NCBI GenBank assembly: GCA_905178155.1
Contig: CAJINV010000002.1
Span: forward strand, 9,926,650-9,990,649
Direction: 5' to 3'
Length of the DNA: 64,000 bases
Origin: Amoebophrya sp. A120
Lineage: Eukaryota; Protista; Dinoflagellata
The notes under the pieces are model-generated. The model did not search any database and was not told where the DNA came from. It worked only from the letters and a program-made list of their open reading frames with translations. This document shows, in pieces, positions 9,708 through 22,000 of the stretch. The first letter of the stretch is position 1. Every line of letters begins with the position of its first letter. The translations under genes were made by a program, and so were the position numbers.

Positions 9708-11987
9708 TCATTGACTCTTTGAGATGAATTCGTAATAGCATTTGCGGATCAGTTTTTCTAGTGTACTTGTTTCGTCATTTCTTATTGATTCCTCTTTTCC
9801 AGCAGCCGTTTCGAATGGGGTTGTTCCAACCGTGTTACGAACTTCCACAAGATTCGTCATCTTGATCTTTTCGTAGAATTCTACCGCATTAGCCGTTATG
9901 CTCCGTTCACGTAGATACTCGAGAAATCCGGGGCGCGAAAAAATCTCCTTGCTGTATTTTCCCGAAAACAGCTCAGCGATGCAGGCATTTTCAACAGGAG
10001 CCCCATTGCCGTCTTCATTATTCGCAAAAATTTGGGATAGGAAATCCGTTTTGTGTAATGCCAGACACGCTTCTCTGCTAGCTAAAACTTTCGCCCCGGC
10101 GCGCTGCATCATCTCCCGTTCGAAGCGCCGCAGCGTGGACTTCTTGACAAAATTTCGCGAACAATCCTTGTTGTTTTCGCACTTACCAAGCTCCTTTGCC
10201 AGTAAACCCGCCAGCAGGCTCGCGTCCAGCAGGCTCTGGTTTGCACCTTGGCCCTTAAACATGCTCATGGGGTGCGCCGCGTCTCCGAGAACGGTGATAC
10301 AGTGCGAGTTCCGTTTCGCCAACACAGCGGAGGTCCTCTCAGGGTCGCGGTCGAACAGATGTGTGCCCCAAATGGTGCCCGGGTCGGTCGCGGTGACTAA
10401 ATCACGGCACGCGGGAAAGTGGCGAGCGAGGAGGTCTAGGGCCAGAGTTTGGAGCTGGAGGGATTTCAAGAATTTCGTGGATCCGTCGCTGCTCTGTACT
10501 AGGTCTGTCGCTCGGGTAGGGGTAGGAGTCGCGTTTGCCGGCGGACGAGTAGGTTCCGCAGGTCGTGAGGCAGCCGTTTTTGGCGGGGTGGCTGAGCTAT
10601 TGTGTGCATCTGACGAGTGCGAGCGCAGCTCCTTTTGGTTATCTTCGGCTGCAGTTGCCACGGTGCTGGTGCTGCTCGCAGGAGAAGAGGGGGGAGAAAG
10701 AACTGAACAGGTTGTAGTGAAACGTGGACGTCGTTCGGAAATTCTGTCTTCGTCCATACTCGACCTTGCGCACACACTCTCCGTAGCCTCATCAATCTGT
10801 TTCCCGGCGAAATCTTCGAAACTCAGCTGCCACATCGTGAGTTCGTCGGAAAACGGCATGACAAAGAGGCGCTTCCCCTGTCCCAAAACGTAAAAGCCGC
10901 CCTGTGGAGGTTTCCTCTTCAGGTGACTCAGGCCAACGATGACGGAAACGTTTAGCGGCTGCAAACAAGGCGTTGTCAAAATCTGCGGCGGCGAACTGCA
11001 GGGGTACGGCGATGGGGGCAGTTGGCCACCAGTAGGGCCTGCTGCGTTAAGAATTTCCCAAACGCGACTGCGAATGCCGTCTGCACCCACCACGAGGAAA
11101 ACGTTTTTTACCACGACCTCTTCGGTTCTTTCCTGGCCGTCCGTTCTTTTTCTCAGAAATCTCAGGGACACTGGGGCTCCTCTTGCAGCCGAATTTTTAC
11201 CAAGATTCGAAGATTGCGCTCTACTTCTCGTAGACGCGACTTCTTCAGCGGTTCGCTTGTTGGAGGGCTTGGTAACCGAAGATTGAATAGTGCTGCTGCA
11301 TCCCTTTTGCTCTACCGTGCTGGTTTCATCGTCCTGCTCGAGCACTTCTTGTAACAGCATGCCCCACTCGATCACAGAGCTACTTGCGCACTCGCTTTGT
11401 CCTCCGGGATTTTCTGCAACGCTAGAATTAATTTTCTCCAAGAGAATCCTTCGCAGTTCCTGTCTCGGAATGCGCAAGTTTCCTTCCAAGTTTTTTTCCG
11501 GAACATAATCAGCATTCTCTTGCTTCACAATGTTCGTCTCATCGCCACCGGAAGAAACAGCCCCACCCGATGAAGCAGGTAACCTCAAGTCGCGGCCAAA
11601 ATAGCCCAGCACGTGCCCGTCGTTGTCAAACACCCAGTGATGGTCAGATTCTTGGGAAATCGCCCGACAAGCAGCCTCGACACCCAGCTGGCGCAACCCA
11701 GAGGGCGTGAGCGTCATTCCGTACCCCTGCTTCCGATCATCAAATTTCGCATCCCGCTCGTAAATTCTGAAGTTAATGTTTTTCTCCTTCAAAAGACCAC
11801 CGAGCGCCAGGCCACCCAGACCCGCACCGATGATAGCGATGTGCGGCGGTGGATTGATGATGTGTTGCATTTCGCGGATAGGCAGAGTACTTTTACCGTG
11901 GTCGAGAACGCCGTTTTGCAGCTGCGGTTCGGGCAGCAATGGCGGAGCAGACATGCTACTGGTCGTCGTGAGGGGCGACATTTCCAT
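9708..11987 (-). CDS. FAD-dependent monooxygenase (FAD_binding_3 / aromatic hydroxylase-like)
   Basis: IAIIGAGLGGL (GxGxxG), VVGADGIRS and LGDAAHPMSMFKGQGANQSLLDA in a 759-aa uninterrupted ORF. Confidence 0.9.
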   Translation of the reverse strand: MEMSPLTTTSSMSAPPLLPEPQLQNGVLDHGKSTLPIREMQHIINPPPHIAIIGAGLGGLALGGLLKEKNINFRIYERDAKFDDRKQGYGMTLTPSGLRQLGVEAACRAISQESDHHWVFDNDGHVLGYFGRDLRLPASSGGAVSSGGDETNIVKQENADYVPEKNLEGNLRIPRQELRRILLEKINSSVAENPGGQSECASSSVIEWGMLLQEVLEQDDETSTVEQKGCSSTIQSSVTKPSNKRTAEEVASTRSRAQSSNLGKNSAARGAPVSLRFLRKRTDGQERTEEVVVKNVFLVVGADGIRSRVWEILNAAGPTGGQLPPSPYPCSSPPQILTTPCLQPLNVSVIVGLSHLKRKPPQGGFYVLGQGKRLFVMPFSDELTMWQLSFEDFAGKQIDEATESVCARSSMDEDRISERRPRFTTTCSVLSPPSSPASSTSTVATAAEDNQKELRSHSSDAHNSSATPPKTAASRPAEPTRPPANATPTPTRATDLVQSSDGSTKFLKSLQLQTLALDLLARHFPACRDLVTATDPGTIWGTHLFDRDPERTSAVLAKRNSHCITVLGDAAHPMSMFKGQGANQSLLDASLLAGLLAKELGKCENNKDCSRNFVKKSTLRRFEREMMQRAGAKVLASREACLALHKTDFLSQIFANNEDGNGAPVENACIAELFSGKYSKEIFSRPGFLEYLRERSITANAVEFYEKIKMTNLVEVRNTVGTTPFETAAGKEESIRNDETSTLEKLIRKCYYEFISKSQ

Positions 11988-13508
11988 GTATGCTATTTCT
12001 CTACTGTTGTTTCGTCAGGTCATTGTTGAATATTCTTTGGGTTCTCTCCGAGCGAGTGAAGAGCGTTGTAGAAGTTGCACTGCCAACCCAAAGTGCGTGC
12101 TGCTACTGTCTACGTCTAAGCTGTAGCACTGGTTGCCAAAATCAACGAACATCTTGAAGCTGCCCAGGTCGGGAGATTTTGTCATTTATCTACGGGGATT
12201 TAATACTTCACCTCGTTTTGACCAAACAGGTATCGCAGATCCATTTCAGAGAACATTGATCTTGATCTTCTCCCTTGTTGCGTAATTTGGATCTTGAAGA
12301 TCGTCTCGTAATATGTTCCGCGAAAATAGATTTTTCTCATGCTTTAGATTCATTTTTTTTTGTTTCTGAATGCGAACAAGCGCTGCCTTTTACGCCGACA
12401 GGAAACAACCGTTGTTGCGACGAAAACTTGTTCGGGCTATTTTTTTTCTGCTACAGAAACGTCGCAACGCCCTCAAGCAAAATTCCATAAAGGTGTAAAA
12501 AGCCAGAAGTGACGTACATCTGCTAATCATTCGTTCTTTCTTACCTCGGGCTCGGCGTGTGTGTGAAACTAAAAGAAAAAGGTAATATCGGAAATGCATT
12601 TTTACAAAAAACAAATCTCAACAGCCTCCATACAGCCACAAGGATGGCAACCGGAGGAGACCGAGTAAGAAGACATGCAACAACTCTTAATGGAAAAGGT
12701 ATGACAGGTACCAATTTGGTGGAAACGTGTGTCGCACGACATCCTAAACCAAAAGTGAAATCTCCAAAAATCAGCCAGGTCGAAAGGATATTGCCTACCG
12801 TGTTCGACCGAAATCGATGCTTCTTCTCTTTCCTAACGAGTGCGCGCGCCGATACGAAGGCGCAGATCATGTTTTGTCTTCCTCATCCCCGCAATATCCG
12901 ATCTTCGCCCTGCTATTTTTCACCCGTAGTAGCACAGTTCCGAAATTTGGTAAAGAAAGGTATATGACATTGTGAAACTTCGCTAATTGTTCTCGTGGAT
13001 AATTATGGTAGCATCTCATGTAGCTCTCGCCAAAAATTCATTTACTTGTTGATGAGCCTCTATAATCTCCGACATGAAATAACTAGAGTGGTCAGTATTG
13101 CAAATTATTCGTACTCTTGATCGTCAGACGGTAACGGTATTACAAAAAGGACTACTCTATTGGAAGCTGCCGCCATTTGACGTGTGAGCCAACTGAAATT
13201 GATAAGATAAAATGTGAATCTGTGCAATCGGTGAGAAAAAAAGGCATTTGCAAAGCTATTCAGTGAAACAGCCGACAACAAAATTTCGAATTGAAGCCGA
13301 AATAACTCCTTTTCTTGCTATCAAAGTGAATTTTCGTCCGGAAACGCGAACGAAACCACAAACGTTTGGTTACTCGGTCCATACTATACAACAGAAACGC
13401 AAATAGCATCAACATCTTCTTTACTCCAATTCTTTAGAAGAATGCTGTGCAGTGTTTTTATACTGAATCTTAAAGCACAAGTTGGCTGCATGTAGCATAA
13501 CGATATCC

Positions 13509-16500
13509 TCAAGCTGCCGCGGCAGTGGACACGGCGCTGTTTTGCAACAACGACTTCGCGCGACTCGGCTGAAAGTGGGCCAGAATCACCGTGATGTCAT
13601 ATCAGAATGAAAAATGCCCCCACCCCCGAACTTGAAAGCATTTGTATTGCAAACCTTTCCAAATGAAACATTCGCCCTCTTGCACCTATCAGCATCACAG
13701 GTTTCCAATCGTGGATAGCGAAAATTTGTATTGCAAAAGACCCCAGCAAGAGCGGCGCTTGTCATGCAAGCGATGCGATACACGCCTAGACTCTGCATCA
13801 GAAAGATTCATACTCCTTTCATGCATGACAAAAAGGTTTCATTTGGAAACTTCGCATCACAAATTTTTGCAATTTGAGGGGTGGGGGGCACTTTTCACTG
13901 TAATATGTCATCCACGACGGTCTGCTCCTCCGCAATCCACCTCTTCCAGGCTTCCTTGGCTAATTCCTCTGCTGCCTGCATCGCCTGGCTCGCGTCATAC
14001 TTGTTTACCAAATCGACGGCCTGGTATGGATTTTCGGAAGGGTGGGAACAGTTGATGTCATCCATGCTGAGTTGTCTGTCACACAGGAGCAGAAGCAGGA
14101 AAAAGAAGTTGTGCACATTGTGTGAAAAGGAAAACTCTTTTCTGCTCTTTCGTGTATGATGAAAAAAGTAACCGGAGTATCTTTGTTTATGTACTTCCTG
14201 ATTGCTGATGAATTCCCAGACACCGTCGGAGCAAATCAACACGAACTGGTGCTTGTCCTCGATCGTGAAGGACTTCAATTCCGGATCTGAAATCACGCCC
14301 GCCGACGCCCCGACCAAGTCTCCGATGGATCGCGACATTGCCAGTCCCGGGCAGATGTGCATTGCAAATTTGTCTAGGTCTGGATTTGTCAACATGCAAC
14401 ATTCGTACGACGAGAGCTGCAGGGGCTGTATTGCGTGAAGAGGATCGGCTACTGAGCTTGTTTTATGTCGTCTTGCAAGCCATGCGCTTGACGAATAAAT
14501 ATGCAAGAAGCCTTGTAAAACTCATTTTTCTACTTTTAACATGCCGTGCTGTCGTACAAAAGTAGACCACAGTGTCTTCACGCAAGGCCCAGCAGCACCA
14601 ATCCGCGGCATCTTTCTAGACCCAGACAGATTTGCATTTCATAGTAGAGCTTGCCCTTCAAGAACACCCGCTCGTTGACGTCACCGTTCAGGCAGCGCAC
14701 CTGCAGAAGCAGAAATTGCGAGTTGCTTACGAAGCGCTTTGCGCGTATGGAAACTACAAGGTGGTGTTTCATCTGAATCTGGAATCTCGTCGATGAACAA
14801 GAACCATAGATGATGATGAAGCAACAGCAAGTGCAATGCTCAAGTGGACAATAAAGTGTTTCTACTTCCTGAATCTTAAAACTGTTCATTCGGGAGGTCC
14901 TGCAAGAAGCACTAACTATCAATACCTGCCCTCCGTTCTTGTGGATGCGCGCTTTCTCGGCGGCGAGGCCGGGCTTATGGTCCGGGGTCAGCTTATCAAA
15001 TGCAAAAATGTCTGGGTCTGGAAGCATGCGAACTTGTGATGCGCATTTCACAACACAGACAAATCTCTCAATTAAAGGCAGCAAAAGGTGCCCGCTTCCT
15101 GTCACCAAAATGGGGGATTTGTCATGCGGATTAAGCAATGCGGAAGCTTCTCGAAATCTGTGATGCTAGGGCTTCTATGGCAGACATTTTGTGTCATGCA
15201 AAAACAGCATGACAAAAATCTGCATTCTTCCAGACCCAGACATTTTTGCATTTGATACAGCTCGACACCGACCAAGTTTCCGGTGCTCTCGTCCAGCTCC
15301 GCTATGACGGCGCGACTGTCACCCACATGCGCGATATGTCCCTCGTTTTGCTCCTCCCTGAGCACCAGGACGGTGCCCGTCGTGCCGGAGAGCGTACAGT
15401 CCAAGACCTAAAGTGAAGTTAGTTTTGTCGTGCACAACGAACTAACTAGAACTTCCGTTCTACGTTTCATTCACCTGCTCTTATTTGCACGACGACCATG
15501 ACCCACCACAACCATGACCTGCGCGAGCAAGGAAGTATCATGCCCTTTCGCGACATTGAACGCGCAAAGAAATGATGTACTTACGAAGTAGTACCTGTTT
15601 CTCGTTCGCTTTTGCAGCCTGCTGATGCGTTTTGGTGAAGGCTTTGGTCAGCGCTTCTTTCGGGTCGGATTTCAGTGTGTCGGCTGAGCGCAAGAGGATT
15701 GACGGGAGGAGTTGGTGCACGAAGTGGGACACCTCGTGCCCGAAGGGCCCATGGCCGTCGAAGACACCGTAGATCCCGCAGCTGTTGTCGACCTGTAGTT
15801 TGGATCCGATACGTCGTATTGGTACTATGTATCCACTACAACGCGCCGGTCTTGACATTCACTTTTCACACAAGGAGAAAGCAAGACGCGGGGGCACAGA
15901 AGGCATCCTTGTCTTTCAAGCTCAAACCACTAGTAAGGTGCATTGATTTATTTCGAAAACTTATTACCTGCAAGACGAAGTAGTCGTCCTGGTTTGGTGA
16001 CTCGGGCTTCAGGCCTTTCTTGCAGGCGTACCCCAGGCCGAACTGGGCGACGTTCACCTGGTCCCCGGCGTAGTTGGAGGAGACCGACTTGCATTTGTCT
16101 TCAAACCCCTTCTTATCAAATGTAAAAATGTCTGGGTCTGGAAGAATGCATGTTTGTCATGCTTGTCTGGCATGACTATTAAATCTGTCATGCACGTTGC
16201 CCAAGAGCCGCACTTTTCTGTCATGCGGAGACGCAATTTGTCATGCAGAATAGGCAACACCTACAAGCTCAAAAATTTGTCATGCTGAGCCAGCACTTGT
16301 GGCCTCTTCATGCTACGCCACTCAGCATCACAAGTTTCCAGACCCAGACATTTTTACATTTGATACTTCTGGGACCCGGTGGGCTGCAACCCCGCGACGG
16401 AAAATCGCTTGTCGCCGGCCGGCAGGAGCTCCAACAAGGTTTCAAACTGTTGAGGGATGATTTCATTGTGTTCTTGCTATAGGGAGATTGAACTTTTTGT

Positions 16501-16769
16501 TTAATGGAATTTGTTTCCACCCAGTCCAGACGAAGCGACATGCACCTCCACCTCGTACAAGAGTTTATTAAGCTTTTCTACATAGCCAGCCTCACCTTCG
16601 TCGCCGCAGACTGCTGCTGTGCCTTTGTGGCGCCCTCTTCGACTTGGCTGTCCGCTCCCTTCAACACGGATAGCCTCCTCCTGGTTCGGTCCGGCACCTG
16701 CTGCTGCGTCTCCGCTTCCTTCGCGCCGGCCGCAGGGGTCTTATTCTCGCTTGACTGCACGCAACCCAT
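13509..16769 (-). CDS. Protein phosphatase 2C (PPM family), multi-exon, with N-terminal MGC acylation motif
   Basis: Exon pieces KKGLKPESPNQD, GVFDGHGPFGH, SGTT, AHVGDSRAV, DHKP, PGLAMSRSIGD, SDGVWEF and DDITV. Contains four introners and several GT-AG introns. Confidence 0.92.
13600..13905. mobile_element. Introner-like TIR element (family B) in PP2C
   Basis: TIR tatcagaatgaaaaatgccccccacccc / ggggtggggggcacttttcactgtaata, direct repeat (DR) tgtca. Removal restores VVDDITVIL. Confidence 0.88.
14356..14643. mobile_element. Degenerate introner (family A) in PP2C
   Basis: Decayed TIR containing tgtctaggtctgga / tctagacccagaca, flanks gcaga / gtaga. Removal restores KGKLYPGLAMSRS. Confidence 0.8.
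14994..15257. mobile_element. Introner (family A) in PP2C
   Basis: 31-bp TIR tatcaaatgcaaaaatgtctgggtctggaag, DR cagct. Removal restores GVELTPDHKP. Confidence 0.93.
16114..16365. mobile_element. Introner (family A) in PP2C
   Basis: TIR tatcaaatgtaaaaatgtctgggtctggaa, DR cttct. Interior is the reverse complement of 19091-19342 and 47161-47413. Confidence 0.93.
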
Positions 16770-17922
16770 GACTTTTTCCTTGAGTATTGAACTATTTATT
16801 TTTCAAGATCTTCTTTTTCTCTACTCTGTCGTCTTTTTTTTCTTTGTCGCCGATTGACCTTGATTTTACCCGAAGCCACATCGGAAGGAAAACCCGCCTC
16901 ACCTTTTTTTTTTTTGCCAAAAAAACCATTTGAAAAAACTCTCGGATACGTTATTCCGTCAAGTCAGGCGCGCTCGCTCTATGGCCCGGTGGCCTGTTCT
17001 TGTCATTTCCACACCGACGCTGTCGTTTTCACAACCACTTTTGCAGTGGAATCCCATGACAATTTTGAGAACAAGGACAACGCGGAAACCGGGCAGGAGA
17101 GAGAAGACAAACAGAAGCAATTTGTTTTTCTAGAATTCGTTTTGTAGAGTAAAGTTAAAGTGGACAAGTTCATTTCTGTAAAAAAGTAAGGTTTCTGTTG
17201 CGTACAGGACATTTGGATAAAAAAAACGTCGCCCAGAAGTTGCTAGGAATATTTAAGCTGAAAATTTCGAGTTCACGGGGCAACCAACTCTGCGTAGCTT
17301 GTGAAGTTGTAGACTGATTGATTTATTATTCATCGCATTTTATTTGTTGCTCTTGGTACACCGAAACAGAAGCGCTAGTCTCGCGAAAAGGAAAGAAAAA
17401 TTTTGCACTGGCAGGTGCATAGTTTGATAGACGAGAAACAGAAACTTTGATGCTCTTCTTGACCGAAAGCATTACTAGAAGCTCGCGAGTAGTACTGATA
17501 CCTCTGTACAAAAGAAGTTGACACGAAATGGAACTGCGGACTTGGAGGAAGTTCCTAACCTAATTATTCATTGGTCTTGATGACCTTTGCTGACGAGCCT
17601 CTAATCGAAAATCTTACAAAAAGTGATGTAGTATCCTCCAGCGGAAACTTTTGAACCAAAAGAATTGAAAACGACTTGTACATCAAACCTTATCCTGCAT
17701 TTGTTATTAAAACTCAATCTTTCTTGTATACTGTTACCTAAAGTTGTTTCAAATTCATTTTAACATAGGGATTTAATAGCAATAGAAAAGCATAAACGAT
17801 TTGAATCTCTAGATTTCTAAAGTTACTCACAGTCGCACCTGTTTCGCGACCTGCTTGTTTTCATCGTACAGTCAAATGATCCGATCTACTCCCAAGTCGA
17901 CATCTTTCCTGGCCGCTACCAC

Positions 17923-20900
17923 TCACTGCGCCTGGTAGTACGTGGCCCCGCCGCCCGCGGCACTGCCTCCCCCGTACTGCCCCCCGGCCGAGCCCCCATC
18001 CGCTCCCCCGGACTGGTTCGAACCGGACTGCTGGTACGCGGCCGCCCCGTAGTTGCCATACTCCTCGTAGCTGCCGGTGTGGCTGAGCACGGGCGAAGCC
18101 CACTGTTCGTACCCGGTCGGGATGCCCCCCGCGGGACCGCCGGCACCGCCGAAGCCCGCACCATACGCGGCTTCCGCCTGCTGCAGGGACGAGTTCGCCT
18201 GCTGCAGCTGCTGCGCGAGCTGCATCTGCATCTGGAGCTATCCTGAGTAAAAACGTACCCACACCAGAGTCAGGGTGGGGATTTTGCAACACAAACCTAG
18301 GAGTTTTGTGAGTCACGCATCACAAGCTGCAGTCCGTAGCGTAGTGCAGGTGCGCAAGGCCAGCTGCATCAGAAATCCATCTGCTCATCCTGTTCACAGC
18401 ATCACAAATTCCAAACCACGATTGGAAATGGCTCTCATGGGGATGCGCATTACAAGTCTTCCGGTCTTTGCAAATCTGCATGACAACTCTGGGGTGGGGA
18501 CGTTTTTACTTAGGATAGGAGCTGCATAGGGTTCACGTTCAGCGCGTTCACGTCGAAGGAGCCCGGGGCCGCGGCGGCCAGGAACGGGTTATCAAATGTA
18601 AAAAAGTCTGGGTCTGGAAGATTGCCAGGTTTGTCATGCATATTTTGAATGACCCATGATGTCTGTGATGCATGCCCTAGCATCACAGATTTTCAGAGGA
18701 CTTTGCGATGTCTCTACCGCATGAGAAATGCCGTCTTCACGTAGCACAAACTGGAGTCCTTTTGCTGGTCATGCAATACAAATTTTTTTAGAATCCAGAG
18801 ACAGCATGACAAGTTTGAAATCTTCCAGACCCAGACATTTTTACATTTGATACGGGTTCATGGTCAGCAGCATCTGATTCAGCATCTGCATGTTCGGCGC
18901 ACCCCCCGCGTGATGGTGCTGCTGCATCGCGGCCATGTATTGTGCGGCATTCTGCTGCTGCATGGCTTGGTTGTTGTAGAAGTTGTTGTAGTTGTGCTGC
19001 TGTCCGCCCTTCATCTTTCCGCCGTAGTCCGCGCCGTTGTACGACGACATCTTGCCGCTGCCCTTCCCACCGTAGTATCCCCCGGAAGACTATCAAAAGT
19101 AAAAGTGTCTGGGTCTGGAAACTTGTGATGCTGGGTGGCGTCTCATGATGAGGCTACAGATGCTGGCTCAGCATGACAAGTTTCTGAGCTCCTAGGTGTT
19201 GCCTATTCTGCATGACAAACTGCGCTTCTGCATCACAGAAAAACGGAGCTCTTGGGTAACGTGCGTGACAGATTTAAGAGTCATGCCAGACAAGCATGAC
19301 AAACATGAACTCTTCCAGACCCAGACATTTTTACAGTTGATACAGACTTGTGCCCCGCACCACCGGACTTCCCCATCGACTTGTAATATCAAATGCAAAT
19401 ATGTCTGGGTCTGGAAGCTTGTGATGCTAGTTTGTGAATGGTGGGCGCATTACAATACGCAGCCACGCATGACAAGTTTTGGAGCTCCTCTGTGTTTCGC
19501 TTTCCGCATGACAAATTGCATATTTGCACGACAGGAGACAGCCTTTTTTGTTTTTCCTGCTGATGCATTACAGATTTAAGAGTCATGTGAGACAAGCATG
19601 ACAAACTTGCATTCTTCCAGACCCAGACATATTTGCAATGCATATGTACCCGCCGCCCTGGCTGCCCTTCTTCTGCCCACCCTTGCCGTAGGAACCGTTG
19701 GAAGAGCCTTGTCCACCGCCCGCGGAACCGTAGTAACTGTAGGAGTTGTCGAAGTTGTCGGCGCTGCCGTAATAGTAGTTGTCGGAATTGTTGTACTGCC
19801 CTCCCTTGCGCCCGTCGCGGGGCAAGCAGCACTTGGTCTCCACCCATTTCTCGTCGATAAAATGCTCGTGGTAACTGTTGTACGGTCGTATTGCGGATGG
19901 ATGTAACAAAACCGAAAGGCAAAAAACGTCTTTCCAATAAAACATGAAGAGGAAAAATAGTGTGTTTTATGCATGTCAAAAGGAAAGCAACGTCATTATA
20001 CTCCTCCAAACACTTGACAACGGAGTCGGAGTTGCGAAAGTTGACGAATCCGAAGCCGCGACTGTGGTTCGTTTCATGGTCGGTGATCACCACGGCCGCG
20101 GTAATCGCCCCGTACTATCAAAATGAAAAATCCCCCCACCCCATATCAAAGCGGAAATTTGTGATGCTGATTTGGGGCCACAAATCAGCTTTGTATTGCA
20201 GAGAGGCATTGCGGCCAGATCCCCAGGCTAGGTAGAGGCGCATGTGTCTACCTATTCAGCATGGCAAACGACGCCCCTTTAGGCCCAACAGCATGACAAA
20301 TCGCTTCCATAATGGGGCGGAAGCTTCTGCCCTTGTCTTCTTGCAAGACAGATGTGATCTGTGGCCTCAAATCCGCAACACAAATTTTTGGAAACATACC
20401 TTTTCAATATGGGGAGGGGGGATTTTTCCTCTCAATACGTACTTGCCGAAATACGCCCGCAACTTGTCGCTGGTACAGGTTTCGGGCAACGCGCCGACAA
20501 AAATTTTTTGGGTGGAGGTCTGATAATATGTTGTGTTTTTTGTGTTACAAAACGAAACGCACCCTATGAAAATGCCTCCATCATCAGTTGCGAAGGGAAA
20601 GAGGAACTGAGTATGTAAATCTGTACCTCCTCGGTTTCCGCGATTTCCTTGGCGCGCTTGACATCGAGGATTTTTTCCTGGCCGGCGTCGTCCACGAGCG
20701 TATGCGGCACGTTCTCAGGCTTCAAAACCTCCACAATCGCAGACGAATCTTCAAACGACAGAAAAGCGTAGCCCTTGCTCTTGCCCGAAGCGAGGTCGGC
20801 TTTCAGGTTGCACTCCGTGATAGCCCCGAATTTAGAAAAGTGCCTGACAATTAATTGCGGGAGGTGAATCTGAATCAATGCTCGCGTTACTTTAGTGGCT

Positions 20901-21110
20901 TGTAAATGCTCACACAAAAGGCGATAGGATAACAAAATCCAGGGAGCTACATAACAGACACTCAGCCGTCTTCGTCGTGCAATGATCAGCAAGACGCAAA
21001 AATAAATACTCTCGCAGCTGTTCCTCCTTGATGTTCGGGCCCATCGCGCCGATGAACAACCGGGTCTCGGACTCCACATAGAAGTCGCTCTGCTCCTGCT
21101 TGAAACCCAT
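17923..21110 (-). CDS. Two-RRM RNA-binding protein with G/Y/Q/N-rich tail (hnRNP A/B, Musashi-like)
   Basis: RNP motifs LFIG, KSKGYAF, IFVG, SRGFGFV and WVETK, plus a low-complexity C-terminus. Contains five introners and GT-AG introns. Confidence 0.88.
18239..18517. mobile_element. Introner (family C) in the RRM gene
   Basis: TIR tatcctgagtaaaaacgtacccacaccagagt / actctggggtggggacgtttttacttaggata, DR ggagc. Confidence 0.9.
18590..18852. mobile_element. Introner (family A) in the RRM gene
   Basis: Family A TIR, DR cgggt. Interior resembles the reverse complement of 59150-59415. Confidence 0.93.
19091..19342. mobile_element. Introner (family A) in the RRM gene
   Basis: Family A TIR, flanks aagac / cagac. 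Near-identical to 47161-47413. Confidence 0.92.
19387..19644. mobile_element. Introner (family A) in the RRM gene
   Basis: Family A TIR, flanks tgtaa / tgtac. Confidence 0.9.
20116..20437. mobile_element. Introner (family B) in the RRM gene
   Basis: TIR tatcaaaatgaaaaatccccccaccccatat / atatggggagggggatttttcctctcaata, DR cgtac. Removal restores YFGKYGAITAA. Confidence 0.92.
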
Positions 21111-21439
21111 TTTCTGACGCGTCTAAGGATTGTATAAAATTTCTTGGAGCTACAGAGTACCTAATTGAGTTTCAGTTTTCGTTTTGGATCACTTCTGCCA
21201 GGCCGAAGCTCCTTCCTCTCCAACTTAAAGAATTGCAGCTGTTCGATTTGTTCACCCACTCTCTTCCACCTCAACTTTTTTTTTTGGCTTCTCGTTTTGG
21301 GTTTTCAATTAGGTTAGCAAGCGGAGAACCGAACACACCCAAAGAAACGGTGATCAGGCACGACCGGAGGGACGACGGAGAAAATGCGTACTTCTGAATG
21401 TTAAATCGCGAAGGGCGCTGACTGTGACGCCCAAGGCAG

Positions 21440-22000
21440 TCAAAATTCAATGGTGACGGCCGGCCGCGCAGTAAAAAAGCGCGCCCGGGAAGGGCCCTCG
21501 GGCCCCGGGCAAAAATGGAAATGGATCATCACCATGCCCGGCCCAATTAAACTAGGCGGCGCCACACAATGCAGGCCGGCCGCCCCATCGGGAAAAGCAA
21601 CGCAGGCAATTCGCTTAAGTGGTGACACGCGCCCCATGTTAGGGGGCAGCGCAAAAAAGGCCAGCGACAACGTTCCCGGCCCTGTGCATTTGCGGGCGCG
21701 AGCACGGGCGCCAACCGAGAAAGGGCGCGCCGGGCTACTCCGTTGGCCGCGGGGCCCCAGTCAGGGGCGCCCCCAGTAGGGCGCCGCGCCGCGCTGCATG
21801 CTTGGGAAAGATATGGGCGCCGCCCGCTTGGCGCTCTTCCTCGCTGCGCCAACAGTGCTGCGTCTTCGTCGACGTGTACGCGGCGCTGTATGGACGCCCG
21901 TCGCTACAGGCGCCCTCCAGAAGGTCGTCTTCTTCGTCCACCACCTCAAGGCGTCCCGCGCTTCCCCGGCCAGGAGCCGCTGCATCTGTGTAAGCTCAGA
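21440..22000 (-). pseudogene. Possible decayed DIRS-type RT/RNase H fragment (GC-rich island)
   Basis: ARDALRWW...STVGAA...YW resembles LREALQWW...GVGAV...YW in the pol at 3703-6132. It is frameshifted and much more GC-rich than its flanks. Confidence 0.35.

Noticed and set aside
17590-17612. Hammerhead-like ctgacga...cgaaa (also ctgatga at 6458)
   Set aside because: Stems I-III could not be built around the core.
14994-19644. Repeated ~30-bp sequence as a CRISPR array
   Set aside because: The repeats are inverted pairs about 250 bp apart inside eukaryotic exons. There is no regular spacer structure and no cas gene.
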